Shown piece by piece: positions 27,093-36,199 of a stretch of 64,000 nt of DNA. Made by a program: the position numbers and the translations under genes. Each line of letters opens with the position of its first letter. Within the stretch, counting starts at the first letter, position 1. The notes beneath the pieces are model-generated. The model saw nothing but the letters and a program-made list of their open reading frames with translations, was not told where the DNA came from and did no database searches. The stretch comes from Eubacteriales bacterium. Lineage in GTDB: Bacteria; Bacillota; Clostridia; Oscillospirales; CAG-382. The DNA is taken from NCBI GenBank assembly GCA_045657425.1, contig JAZOTA010000045.1, positions 48,705 to 112,704 on the forward strand. The letters run 5' to 3'.

Positions 27093-28124
27093 ATGGAATA
27101 TTTTGCGGCAAGTAATACGCGCAACGGCTTTAAATCGCTTTTTGATGAATGCTTTAAAAAATGCGAAAGACTTTTTATACTTAAGGGCTCGAGCGGCTGC
27201 GGAAAATCGACATTTATGCGACGTATCGCAGGGAAAGCCGAGCAGTTGGGCTATACGACCGATATTATACGCTGTTCAAGCGACCCCGATTCGCTCGACG
27301 GCGTAATCGTTCACGAGATGGGCATCGCAGTCGCCGACGGTACTTCTCCGCACGTTATGGACGTTAAATATCCGTGTGTGCGCGAAAGCATAATAAATCT
27401 CGGCGAGTTTTGGGACGAACAAAAAATACTGCCGCATAAGGATGAGATAATTTCGCTTACCGATAAAAAAAGCGAGCATTTCAAAAACGCCTACCGCTGT
27501 CTTTCGGCAATGGGTAATATTGAGGATATCAAGCGGCAAATCGTTCAAAAGTCGGTGATAACCGACAGATCCGACGAAACTGTTTTTTCGATAGCCGAAA
27601 ATGCGTTTGACGGTAGGGGAGAAGAACAAAAGCTTTTTACCTCGGCGTTTGCTTCAAACGGAATCAAGGTTATTCATACCTTCGGCAGGGTGAAAAGGCT
27701 TTACCGCATAAGCGGCTATGCCTCGTTTTACCTTTTAAATTCGCTTTACGGAATCGCGCGTGAACGAGGAGTTGAGATGATTGTTTCACTTGCAACACCC
27801 GATTCGTCAATGCCCGATTCGCTTTATTTTCCCTCAACGGGTACGCTTGTCACTCTGCTTCAAAATCCCCCGTGCGATTCGTTTGACGAGGAAAAAAGTG
27901 TTTCCTGCTCAAAATTCACAAACACAGATATACTCTCAAGCTGCCGTGTGCGGTTGAAGGGACTCGACCGAATTATCAACGAGCTTTCGCTTGAAGCGAA
28001 AAACGAGCTTTCCCACGCAAAGGAAACGCACAACCGTATAGAAAGTATTTATATCGGCGCAATGAATTTCAATCTTCTGGACGAATACACGTTAACCTTT
28101 ATAAAAAAGCTTTTTGGGGTATAA
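27093..28124 (+). CDS. P-loop ATPase of unknown function
   Basis: 343 aa with Walker A GSSGCGKST. The family is conserved in endospore formers by my recollection. No further assignment. Confidence 0.6.
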   Translation: MEYFAASNTRNGFKSLFDECFKKCERLFILKGSSGCGKSTFMRRIAGKAEQLGYTTDIIRCSSDPDSLDGVIVHEMGIAVADGTSPHVMDVKYPCVRESIINLGEFWDEQKILPHKDEIISLTDKKSEHFKNAYRCLSAMGNIEDIKRQIVQKSVITDRSDETVFSIAENAFDGRGEEQKLFTSAFASNGIKVIHTFGRVKRLYRISGYASFYLLNSLYGIARERGVEMIVSLATPDSSMPDSLYFPSTGTLVTLLQNPPCDSFDEEKSVSCSKFTNTDILSSCRVRLKGLDRIINELSLEAKNELSHAKETHNRIESIYIGAMNFNLLDEYTLTFIKKLFGV

Positions 28125-28170
28125 AAGGGGAACAAATGACATATATATCAACCGAGAGGAATGATATTAT

Positions 28171-28614
28171 ATGGAACGAACAAAAAGAACGAACCCGATG
28201 AACGAAAGCGAAAACGGCTTTCTTTTTCCGTCTGTTATCGGCGGACTTATCGGCATGGGTGTAACGGTCGCGCTTTTGCTTGTTTTGCCCTTTGCTGTTT
28301 TGGGGTTTGAGGACCCCGACTCATTCGTTTTGCCGTCGGTCTGCCTTTGCGTGCTTGTCGGCACTGCCGTCGGCGGATTTTTGGCGGTTTCAAAATGCAG
28401 GGATAATGCTCTTGTTTCGGCGCTGACATCCTTTGCAACCGTGGTTCTGCCGATAATTTTAATTTCGATTTTCGTTTCGGGCGAGGTCAGTATTGCATCG
28501 GTCATCGGGGTTGTGCTGTCTGCATTGGCGGGTAACGGTCTTGTCGCCTTGGCGGTAACGAGGTTTTCAAAAAGCAAAAAACGCAAGATGAAAAACGTTA
28601 TGAAAAGACGTTAA
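28171..28614 (+). CDS. Small integral membrane protein (4 TM), unknown function
   Basis: 147 aa with hydrophobic segments and a basic C-terminus. GAGAGGAA RBS. Confidence 0.55.
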   Translation: MERTKRTNPMNESENGFLFPSVIGGLIGMGVTVALLLVLPFAVLGFEDPDSFVLPSVCLCVLVGTAVGGFLAVSKCRDNALVSALTSFATVVLPIILISIFVSGEVSIASVIGVVLSALAGNGLVALAVTRFSKSKKRKMKNVMKRR

Positions 28615-28681
28615 CAAATAATCCATTGATTTTCGTTTTTCCTTATGTTATCATATATAAAAATGAAGTAAGGGGAAAGCG

Positions 28682-29041
28682 ATGAAGCTATTGGAATCGG
28701 GCGAAATGTATCTCGAAACGGTATACGTTTTGTCAAAGGAACTTACAACGGTCCGTGCGATCGATATATGCGACTATCGCGGTGTTTCAAAGCCGAGCGT
28801 TTCGCGCGCGGTCGGGCTTTTAAAAGAGGGCGGTTATCTTAACGTCGGTGCTGACGGCGGATTAACTCTTACCGAAATCGGTATTGCCGTTGCCGAAAAG
28901 ATATACGAGCGGCACACCGTACTTACGAAATATCTTGTTTCGCTTGGTGTTTCGGAGGAGATTGCGTCTGAGGATGCCTGCAAGATCGAGCACGTTATCA
29001 GCGACGAAACCTTTAAAGCGATAAAAAATAAATTAAAATAA
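28682..29041 (+). CDS. DtxR/MntR family metal-dependent transcriptional regulator (short form)
   Basis: ..MYLETVYVL.. HTH ..GVSKPSVSRAV..L..GY.. and metal-site region ..ERH..L..FL..DAC.IEH..S... Confidence 0.82.
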   Translation: MKLLESGEMYLETVYVLSKELTTVRAIDICDYRGVSKPSVSRAVGLLKEGGYLNVGADGGLTLTEIGIAVAEKIYERHTVLTKYLVSLGVSEEIASEDACKIEHVISDETFKAIKNKLK

Positions 29042-29110
29042 AAAACAGCCTCGTTTCTCGCGGTCTGTAAATTGATGCATCGACGTTTTCGTCGGTGCAT
29101 TTTTTTCCTT

Positions 29111-29139
29111 GCATACATGAATATCTTTTGCGCAAATTA
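29111..29139 (+). promoter_or_regulatory. Possible forespore (sigma-F/G type) promoter of spoIVB
   Basis: GCATA (29111-15), a 17-nt spacer, then CAAATTA (29133-39). This resembles the GHATR-N17/18-CATxxTA consensus. B. subtilis spoIVB is known to be sigma-F/G dependent. Confidence 0.3.
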
Positions 29140-29177
29140 AACTTGATGAAAATCAAAAACAAGACAAGAGGTATTCA

Positions 29178-30227
29178 ATGAACGGTAAATTCAACAAGAG
29201 ATTTTTTGCGTTGTTGGCTGCTTTTCTGCTCGTTTTTACTCTTTCGGCTTCGGCTGCGGCGAAGACCGATTCTTACGAGCTTATACCGGGCGGTATGGCT
29301 TTCGGAGTCAAATTTTTTACCGACGGCTGTGTCGTTATCGGCACAACGGGAGTTGAATCGGCATCGGGGCTTTTCTCGCCTGCAAAGGATGCAGGGCTCG
29401 AATCGGGCGATATAATAATCCGTGCCGGCGGCAGAGAATTTAAAACGGCAGAGGAGCTTGTTGACCTTATCGCAGGATGCGGCGGCAAGGCAATAACCAT
29501 CGCTTATATACGCGACGGAAAGGAAAACACGGTTAACATTACGCCCGTGCGCGATAACGAAAACGGCAAGTACCGAATCGGCGTGCTTGTGCGCGATTCG
29601 ACTGCAGGCATCGGCACCGTTACCTTTATCGACCCGAAAACCAACGATTTCGGCGGCTTGGGACACGGTGTTTACGATTCCGAAAGTGCTGTCCTGCTTC
29701 CGCTTGCGCGCGGTGCTGTTGTAAACGTGAATATTAACGAGGTTATCAAAAGCTATCCCAATGCTCCCGGTGAGCTCCGCGGAAGCTTCGATAACGTGGC
29801 GATCGGCGAGCTTTGGGACAATTGCGAGCAGGGTGTTTTCGGGAACTTTTCGCAAGTCCCCAAAACCGACAGAGCGCCAATTCCTGTGGCAAGCAGAGAT
29901 GAGGTAACCGAGGGCAAGGCGACTATTCTTACAACCCTTTCAAGCGGTGCGATAGGGGAATACGGAATAGAAATTGAGAAGATTTATAAAAGCTCGGGCG
30001 ATACGAAAAATTTTCTCATCCGCGTAACCGATAAAAGCCTTATCGACCAAACGGGCGGAATCGTGCAGGGTATGTCGGGTAGTCCGATTATCCAAAACGG
30101 CAAGCTCGTCGGAGCGGTAACACACGTGATAGTTAACGATCCCACGTGCGGATACGGTATATTTATCGAAAATATGCTCAATTCGGCATACGGCGCAAAT
30201 ATTTACAAAATGCAATTCGCGGCATAA
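29178..30227 (+). CDS. spoIVB: SpoIVB peptidase (S55) with a PDZ domain
   Basis: Signal anchor, PDZ (..GLESGDIIIRAGG..) and catalytic region ..GIVQGMSGSPIIQNGKLVGAVTHV... Confidence 0.92.
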   Translation: MNGKFNKRFFALLAAFLLVFTLSASAAAKTDSYELIPGGMAFGVKFFTDGCVVIGTTGVESASGLFSPAKDAGLESGDIIIRAGGREFKTAEELVDLIAGCGGKAITIAYIRDGKENTVNITPVRDNENGKYRIGVLVRDSTAGIGTVTFIDPKTNDFGGLGHGVYDSESAVLLPLARGAVVNVNINEVIKSYPNAPGELRGSFDNVAIGELWDNCEQGVFGNFSQVPKTDRAPIPVASRDEVTEGKATILTTLSSGAIGEYGIEIEKIYKSSGDTKNFLIRVTDKSLIDQTGGIVQGMSGSPIIQNGKLVGAVTHVIVNDPTCGYGIFIENMLNSAYGANIYKMQFAA

Positions 30228-30228
30228 C

Positions 30229-30262
30229 AAAAAGACGGTGCTTTTCGCGCCGTCTTTTTTGA
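30229..30262 (+). terminator. Intrinsic terminator after spoIVB
   Basis: AAAGACGG..CCGTCTTT stem followed by a T-run. Confidence 0.75.
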
Positions 30263-30363
30263 TTTGATTATTGCTTTTAAGTTATGAAAAAATTTTCTTC
30301 AAAGCTATCTGCACCTTTAAGAAGAATGGATTTGCAATAAATCAAGTTGCAAGATATTAGTAT

Positions 30364-30738
30364 TTACTCGTTTTCGATTATCCAATCGAGCAAATCGTCA
30401 TATTTCATTTCGCCGGATGCTACGGCAAGTCCGACGCGTGCGACATCTTCGTTGCTGGGACGGATTTTAATGCCGTTTGTTTCGAGGAAAGTCAACAGCA
30501 CATACATTCCTATGCGTTTGTTTCCGTCAACAAACGCGTGGTTTGAGATAAGCGCATAGCCCAATCTTGCACCTTTTTCTTGCTTGGTGGGATACAATTC
30601 CTTTCCGTCGAACGTGGCAAAAGCCGATTCGAGAGCGCTGTTAAGCAGTGAGGTATCACGTATATTCGGGTCGCCGCCTGTTTCTTCGGTTATAAGCTTG
30701 TGAAGCAGCATAACCTTTTCCTGACTGAATTTGATCAT
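30364..30738 (-). CDS. doc: Type II toxin Doc (Fic-fold, death-on-curing family)
   Basis: 124 aa with the Fic/Doc motif HAFVDGNKRIG. Confidence 0.9.
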   Translation of the reverse strand: MIKFSQEKVMLLHKLITEETGGDPNIRDTSLLNSALESAFATFDGKELYPTKQEKGARLGYALISNHAFVDGNKRIGMYVLLTFLETNGIKIRPSNEDVARVGLAVASGEMKYDDLLDWIIENE

Positions 30739-30977
30739 TTCGCAAGCTCCTCAAAAGCAGGTCTGTATAGCTTTAAAATGCGTGCCGCCACAAAATCGAT
30801 CTTTTCATCGTCAGTCATTTCGATGGTTGTGTCGTTTTCAATTTCAATCAGCTTATATTTTGGTTTGTTATTTTTGAAAATATAAAGCTCACCGTGCTTG
30901 TCAGCCAATCTTGCCACACGGGAAAAATTCTGATTAGCTTCGGATATCGAAACGATTTGATTAGTGTTCAAATTCAT
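30735..30977 (-). CDS. phd: Type II antitoxin, Phd/YefM family
   Basis: 80 aa. ..VSISEANQNFSRVARLADKHGELYIFKNNKP... 4-nt overlap with doc. Confidence 0.85.
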   Translation of the reverse strand: MNLNTNQIVSISEANQNFSRVARLADKHGELYIFKNNKPKYKLIEIENDTTIEMTDDEKIDFVAARILKLYRPAFEELAK

Positions 30978-31075
30978 TTTGAATCCCCCTTTTTAATATT
31001 ACAACAATATTATACGCAAATTTTAGGATATTGTCAACCTAAATGATTGAATTGAATGCCTTTTTAATAAAAATC

Positions 31076-32233
31076 CTACTTGATATTTCCGTAATACCAA
31101 CCGACGATTCCGTTTTTCTTTGCGAGGATTCCGCGGTTAGTTTTTCTTATTACCGATAATTCATCGCCTGCGTTTACTTCCAAGCGGTGATCCGTGCAGG
31201 ATGACGCTTCTGCGATTTCTCCGACAGAAAGTTTATTTTGATCCCATATGTAATCAACAGGCAACCAAAATACTCTTCCGCTTTCGATATGTTCAATCTC
31301 AACGGCGGTTTCTTCAATGCAGAGTATACGCACGTCGTTATCGCCCCAGCAAATATTAACGCTCGTTTCCGAAGCCGACTGTGAGTCGAGAGCGATGCAG
31401 GTATCAAGCCCGTCGTAATAGATATGGTCTATTTCGTTAACGTCGCAATTGATATTCGGCATTATCAGCAGATTTAGCTGTCCGTCGCGGTTGGTTCCGC
31501 AACCGCCGTCGATAGATATTACGTTTATATCCCTGTCAAAATGCGGATTCATATTTCGTATTTCGCGGCTGTTGTTGACAACCGGCCAATGACCGACAAC
31601 GACGTTTCTTTTGAATTTCAAGCCGTTTTCACGGACGAAATCCGAAAAACGGTCAAATTTAAGACATTTGTGACGGTCTTTTTTGCAGTCGGGGATTTCC
31701 AAAAAATCCGATTCCGATTCATAAATTCCGCCGTGTATGAAAATATATTTGTCCGAAACGAGCATGGTCGGAAGCTCGCGCATAAAATCAAGCTCTGCTT
31801 TGAAGTGTGTCTTTACTTTGCTTAGCAACTCCAAAACCGCTTCTGCGGTCTGAGGGACTTGGCCAAGCTCTTTTGCCATCTCGTCGAAAAGCGACGTGCC
31901 CAACCAATCGCGCATATATATCAGATAATCCAAAAACGATTTTGCCGAATCGATATCGGCAATGTTATCTAACTGCCACAAGAAACGATAGTCGACGTTT
32001 CCCGTTAAAACTGCCGCACGCTTTTCTTTGCATAGCTTCATAAGATAACGTATCACGTTAATACTGTCGGGTCCTTTTTCTTCCATATCGCCGATAACAA
32101 TCAAAAAATCGTCTCCGTCGAAGTTGGCTTTTTCAAGAGCTCCCAACAGATATTCATAATGACCGTGTATATCGCTTGTGACCAACACACGGCCTGCCGA
32201 GGATTTAATATATAATGTTTTGAAAATTTCCAT
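31076..32233 (-). CDS. Calcineurin-like metallophosphoesterase (PPP/ApaH-PrpE-like) with a C-terminal SH3-like domain
   Basis: Motifs ..VTSDIHGH.., ..VIGDMEEKG.., ..TGNVD.. (His of the canonical GNHD/E replaced by Val), ..FIHGG.. and ..VVGHWP... The roughly 100-aa tail is beta-rich. Confidence 0.78.
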   Translation of the reverse strand: MEIFKTLYIKSSAGRVLVTSDIHGHYEYLLGALEKANFDGDDFLIVIGDMEEKGPDSINVIRYLMKLCKEKRAAVLTGNVDYRFLWQLDNIADIDSAKSFLDYLIYMRDWLGTSLFDEMAKELGQVPQTAEAVLELLSKVKTHFKAELDFMRELPTMLVSDKYIFIHGGIYESESDFLEIPDCKKDRHKCLKFDRFSDFVRENGLKFKRNVVVGHWPVVNNSREIRNMNPHFDRDINVISIDGGCGTNRDGQLNLLIMPNINCDVNEIDHIYYDGLDTCIALDSQSASETSVNICWGDNDVRILCIEETAVEIEHIESGRVFWLPVDYIWDQNKLSVGEIAEASSCTDHRLEVNAGDELSVIRKTNRGILAKKNGIVGWYYGNIK

Positions 32234-32358
32234 ATTGATTTACTTTCGCTTTCTTGGTGCGCAAGGGATAGCCTTGGAAGCCATTGCCGTTGTTTTTAAA
32301 AATCATACCACACGTTGGGAAGAAATTCAACCTTTATCGTTTAGTGCGATTTAACTCA

Positions 32359-32486
32359 ATCGACAAAAAACGCTTTATTTTACCAAACAGTGCATTTTTG
32401 ATGATAATTTCGACAAACGACAAGTTTCGACAAAATGCGACAAGAATTTTGTCGAAAAGCTTAAATTTAGCGAAAAAATTGTCGAA
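32359..32486. promoter_or_regulatory. Cluster of Spo0A-binding 0A boxes (TGTCGAA / TTCGACA) upstream of spo0A
   Basis: Perfect 7-mers at 32409-15, 32426-32 (TTCGACA) and at 32450-56, 32480-86 (TGTCGAA). Weaker matches (5-6 of 7 positions) at 32359-65, 32416-22, 32436-42 and 32468-74. Confidence 0.7.
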
Positions 32487-32556
32487 AAAACAAAATATAA
32501 CTCTTGTTTTGTTGTACGAAAGTTAAACGAGAATGCGACTTTTTGGGAAAAATCTA

Positions 32557-32586
32557 TTGCTTATATCGGTTTTTGTGTGTTAAAAT
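32557..32586 (+). promoter_or_regulatory. Candidate sigma-A promoter of spo0A
   Basis: TTGCTT (32557-62), a 17/18-nt spacer, then TGtTAAAAT (32578-86). Confidence 0.45.
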
Positions 32587-32625
32587 ACATTCACGGAAAA
32601 TAAAAATACAAGGAGCAACAAGTTT

Positions 32626-33402
32626 ATGGAAAAACCGAGGGTGTTAGTGGCTGATTCTAACAGCGATTTCAGAAATCAGTGTGTGCAAAGTCTTAAACGG
32701 CTGGATATAGAGGTTGTGGCAGAGGCGGCAGACGGTCAGGAAGCATTTGCAAAGATAGCGAGAACCAAACCGAACGTGGTCGTGTCCGACCTTTATCTCG
32801 GCAAAATCGACGGCGTTGGTATTATCCGCAGTGCGAAAAAGCAAATGCCGGACGATTTTCCCGCCTTCATAATGCTCGCATCGTTTACAAGCCAGAATCT
32901 GTTCGAGGAATGCTGTGAGGCAGGTGCGGCATACTGTATGCTCAAGCCGATCGATTTTAATGCGCTTGCCGACAGAATAAAGCGTCTTGCCGACAAAACA
33001 CGCCGCCGTGGAAACGCAAAGGTTCCGGGCAGAGAAAACGGTGATCTTGAGGCACAGGTGACGAAAATAATACATCAAATAGGTGTGCCTGCGCACATAA
33101 AGGGATACCAATACTTACGAACGGCGATAATAATGGCGATAAACGATACCGAGGTCATCAATTCGGTAACAAAGGTGCTTTATCCCACCGTTGCAAAGCA
33201 ATACGGAACGACAAGCTCGCGCGTTGAACGAGCTATACGCCATGCAATTGAGGTTGCTTGGGACAGAGGCGACCTTGACGTGCTTAATTCCTTCTTCGGC
33301 TATACCGTTCAGAATTCACGCGGCAAGCCCACCAATTCGGAATTTATTGCGATGATCGCCGACAATTTGCGTCTTAAAAACAAAGCGTTTGCAACGGTTT
33401 AA
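32626..33402 (+). CDS. spo0A: Sporulation master regulator Spo0A
   Basis: Receiver domain plus the diagnostic Spo0A C-terminal domain (..[56 protein letters not shown]..). Confidence 0.96.
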   Translation: MEKPRVLVADSNSDFRNQCVQSLKRLDIEVVAEAADGQEAFAKIARTKPNVVVSDLYLGKIDGVGIIRSAKKQMPDDFPAFIMLASFTSQNLFEECCEAGAAYCMLKPIDFNALADRIKRLADKTRRRGNAKVPGRENGDLEAQVTKIIHQIGVPAHIKGYQYLRTAIIMAINDTEVINSVTKVLYPTVAKQYGTTSSRVERAIRHAIEVAWDRGDLDVLNSFFGYTVQNSRGKPTNSEFIAMIADNLRLKNKAFATV

Positions 33403-33499
33403 TAGCTTAAAACAAAGGAGCAAGGCAGGGCTGCGTTGCTCCTCTTTCCTTATATAAATAATATGTTATAAAATATTGAAAAAATTCGGCGAAAACTAT

Positions 33500-33619
33500 T
33501 GACTTATTAAGTTATTTGTGTTAAACTCTCATTTGCCGCATGTATGGGGTTTTTGAAGTTGCGTGCAGAACGCACACCCTCTAAGCAGCGAGTCTTATGA
33601 AAGGAATTGGTGCTTACAA
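33500..33619 (+). promoter_or_regulatory. rplU promoter plus 5' leader (possible L21-leader type autoregulatory element)
   Basis: TTGACT (33500-05) with TAAACT about 17 nt downstream. The roughly 90-nt leader has short helices (GGGGU/ACCCU, GUGC/GCAC). L21 leaders are described in Firmicutes; a match is not verified. Confidence 0.35.
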
Positions 33620-33928
33620 ATGTTTGCAATCGTGGAAACAGGCGGAAAGCAGTACAAGGTTAGCGAAGGCGATATCATCTTTGTTGAAAAGCTTGGTCTC
33701 GAAGAAGGCGCTACCTACACCTTTGAAAAGGTTCTTGCTCTCTCCGATGAAAACGGCTTTGTTGCAGGTGCTCCTACCGTAGCAGCTACCGTTACCGCAA
33801 GTGTCGTTAAGAACGGCAAGGGCAAAAAGATTCACGTAATCAAGTACAAGCCCAAGAAGGATTCCAAGAAGCACATCGGCCACAGACAGCCCTATACCAA
33901 GCTTCAGATCCTCAGCATCTCCAAATAA
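33620..33928 (+). CDS. rplU: 50S ribosomal protein L21
   Basis: [18 protein letters not shown]... The start is set at the conserved MFAIVE; the ORF track begins 57 nt upstream. Confidence 0.95.
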   Translation: MFAIVETGGKQYKVSEGDIIFVEKLGLEEGATYTFEKVLALSDENGFVAGAPTVAATVTASVVKNGKGKKIHVIKYKPKKDSKKHIGHRQPYTKLQILSISK

Positions 33929-33931
33929 GAG

Positions 33932-34246
33932 ATGACAACCGCTTCGTTTTTTAAGTCGAACGGAAAATTTTTGAAATTTCGCATAAGCGGTCATTCGGGT
34001 TATGCAGAAGAAGGAAGCGATATTGTTTGTGCCGCCGTCAGTTCGATGGCGATGCTTACGGTAAACAATATTACCGAATCGTTTTCCATTCCCGCAACCG
34101 TCGTTGCCGATGAGAACGGCCCGACGATCGATTTCGCTTTGGAATCTATTGATGAACGCGGATGCGCACTTATTGAAGGGCTATGGCGTGAATTAGCCGC
34201 CCTCGCAAACGATTACCCGAAGTTTGTTCGTGTAACCGTTAAATAA
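33932..34246 (+). CDS. prp: Ribosomal-processing cysteine protease Prp
   Basis: 104 aa between rplU and rpmA. ..ISGHSGYAEEGSDIVCAAVS.. contains the catalytic His/Cys. Confidence 0.9.
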   Translation: MTTASFFKSNGKFLKFRISGHSGYAEEGSDIVCAAVSSMAMLTVNNITESFSIPATVVADENGPTIDFALESIDERGCALIEGLWRELAALANDYPKFVRVTVK

Positions 34247-34270
34247 TTTTATCGAAAGGAGCTATAAACC

Positions 34271-34558
34271 ATGCTCAGATTGTCTATTCAGTTCTTTGCA
34301 CATAAAAAAGGTGTCGGTTCTACCAAGAACGGTCGTGACAGTGAGTCCAAGCGTCTTGGCGTTAAGAGACAGGACGGTCAGTTTGTAACTGCCGGCAACA
34401 TTCTTCTTCGTCAGAGAGGCACCAAGATCCATCCCGGCAACAACGTCGGCCGTGGCTCCGATGACACCCTTTTCGCACTTATCGACGGTAAGGTTAAGTT
34501 CGAACCGATGGTAGGCGGAAGAAAGAAAGTCAGCGTTTACGCTGTTAATGCAGACTAA
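34271..34558 (+). CDS. rpmA: 50S ribosomal protein L27 with an N-terminal propeptide
   Basis: MLRLSIQFF|[15 protein letters not shown]... The 9-aa extension ends in FF-A, the known Prp cleavage context. Confidence 0.95.
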   Translation: MLRLSIQFFAHKKGVGSTKNGRDSESKRLGVKRQDGQFVTAGNILLRQRGTKIHPGNNVGRGSDDTLFALIDGKVKFEPMVGGRKKVSVYAVNAD

Positions 34559-34668
34559 ATGCCTATTGAAAAGAGCAGTCGGGGTTTTCATCCTGACTAC
34601 TCTTTTTCTTTTTGTTTTATTAAAATACGAAAACAAATAACGAAAAACTCTATAAGGAGGTTTTCAGT

Positions 34669-35931
34669 ATGTTTATAGATAAGGTTACAATTTATATCAA
34701 AGCCGGCGACGGAGGAAACGGTTGCGTTTCGTTCCGCCGCGAAAAGTACGTTGCCAAGGGCGGTCCCGACGGCGGCGACGGCGGCAGAGGCGGTAACGTT
34801 GTTTTTGTCATCGATGAGGGCGAAAACACGCTTCTTAACTTTAAATACCGCCGCAAATTCGTTGCCGCAAACGGCGGTGACGGTATGTCGAAGAAGTTTT
34901 ACGGCAAAAGCGCCGAGGACCTTGTTATTCCCGTTCCTCCCGGAACAGTGCTTCGCGATCCCGACAGCGGACTTGTTATCCACGATATGTCGGACGGCTT
35001 GCCTTATATTGCCGCAAAGGGCGGCAGAGGCGGTTGGGGTAACACCCATTTCGCAACTCCTACCCGTCAGGTGCCCCGTTTTGCAAAAAGCGGTACAAAG
35101 GGTGCAGAGCGCAATATAACGCTTGAGCTTAAAATGCTCGCAGACGTCGGCTTGGTTGGATTCCCCAACGTCGGTAAATCGACACTTCTTTCCGAGGTTA
35201 CAGCGGCAAGACCGAAGATCGCAAACTACCATTTCACAACACTTGCGCCCAATCTGGGCGTTGTTACGGTTTACGGCAAAAGCTTCGTAATGGCGGATAT
35301 CCCCGGTCTTATCGAGGGCGCTTCCGACGGCTTGGGCTTGGGACACGATTTCCTGCGCCATATCGACAGATGCCGTCTTATCCTTCACGTTTTCGATATT
35401 TCGGCAAGCGAACGTGAAAATCCGCTTGAGGATATTATTAAAATCAATCAAGAGCTTGAAAAGTACAGCGCAGAGCTTGCTTCGCGTCCTCAAATATTGG
35501 TCGCAAACAAGATTGACCTCGGTTATTCCGAGGAGCATCTTGAAGAGGTCAAGCGCTATGCCGAGGAAAACGGCTGTGAGCTCTTCCTTATTTCGGGCGG
35601 CCTTTCGGAAGGCGTTCCCGAATTGATGAAGGCGGTTTCCGCAAAGCTCCAAACATTGCCTCCGATGACATATTACGAGCAAGAATATGTCGAGCTTCCC
35701 AAGGAAACCGATATGTCGGTTCATGTCGAGGTTGTTGACGGCGTTTACGTCGTTACGGGCGAATGGCTTATCCGCTTGTGCAACGATATCAACTTCGACG
35801 ATTACGAATCGCTTCAGTTCTTCCAACGCGTTCTTCGTGACAAGGGCGTTATTCAAGCGCTCGAGGATGCAGGCGTACAGGAGGGCGACACCGTTTCGAT
35901 TTACGATATCGAATTCGACTTTATGTATTAA
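34669..35931 (+). CDS. obg: GTPase Obg/CgtA
   Basis: Glycine-rich Obg fold (..GGDGGRGGNV..), G1 GFPNVGKST, and a C-terminal OCT (TGS-like) domain. Confidence 0.95.
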   Translation: MFIDKVTIYIKAGDGGNGCVSFRREKYVAKGGPDGGDGGRGGNVVFVIDEGENTLLNFKYRRKFVAANGGDGMSKKFYGKSAEDLVIPVPPGTVLRDPDSGLVIHDMSDGLPYIAAKGGRGGWGNTHFATPTRQVPRFAKSGTKGAERNITLELKMLADVGLVGFPNVGKSTLLSEVTAARPKIANYHFTTLAPNLGVVTVYGKSFVMADIPGLIEGASDGLGLGHDFLRHIDRCRLILHVFDISASERENPLEDIIKINQELEKYSAELASRPQILVANKIDLGYSEEHLEEVKRYAEENGCELFLISGGLSEGVPELMKAVSAKLQTLPPMTYYEQEYVELPKETDMSVHVEVVDGVYVVTGEWLIRLCNDINFDDYESLQFFQRVLRDKGVIQALEDAGVQEGDTVSIYDIEFDFMY

Positions 35932-35943
35932 AGCTATCGCTTT

Positions 35944-35977
35944 CCATTGAAATCACAAGGATTTCAATGGGATTTTG
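35944..35977 (+). terminator. Intrinsic terminator after obg
   Basis: CCATTGAAATC / GATTTCAATGG stem with loop ACAAG, then GATTTTGG. Confidence 0.6.
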
Positions 35978-36082
35978 GATGTCCGTTCGCTCGCGCCAAC
36001 CTTGTGCGCCTCGCTTCGCTCGTTGTCCAAGGTTGCGAACATCATAGGTATATTTTTCGACGCACATGTCGCCGAAAAATAT
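35977..36082. repeat. Hairpin-rich intergenic repeat element, copy B
   Basis: GGATGTCCGTTCGCTCGCGCCA..GCGAACATC with internal CAACCTTG/CAAGGTTG, then ATAGGTATA, then A/T-arm inverted repeat ATATTTTTCG..CGAAAAATAT. GAGATTTG follows at 36084. Confidence 0.55.
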
Positions 36083-36199
36083 GAGATTTGATGTAAAAAT
36101 ACTTCGTATTTAAATTAATTTATATTTTATATTATATTGAAAAGTTTTGAAGGGTATGGGAAACTTTTTCAAAAGTTTCCCGAACGTTCTCCTTGCCGT

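Noticed and set aside
28167-28586. 139-aa minus-strand ORF opposite the small membrane protein gene 28171-28614
   Set aside because: The + strand ORF has a good RBS (GAGAGGAA) and clean TM-helix periodicity. The minus-strand translation is Pro/Thr/Ala-rich with no start context. The choice of strand is still only moderately certain.
32284-32526. 80-aa ORF in the spo0A upstream region
   Set aside because: It is the translation of the 0A-box cluster (repeated FRQ/SKK). There is no RBS, and the region is better explained as regulatory DNA.
36095-36195. AT-rich stretch plus perfect 11-bp inverted repeat GGGAAACTTTT-TC-AAAAGTTTCCC, considered as terminator of the S1-domain gene or as a replication/partition site
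   Set aside because: There is no U-tract on either strand after the hairpin, and no DnaA-box-like or iteron repeats around it. It lies between convergent genes, so it may simply be a protective 3' hairpin. The evidence is insufficient for a specific call.
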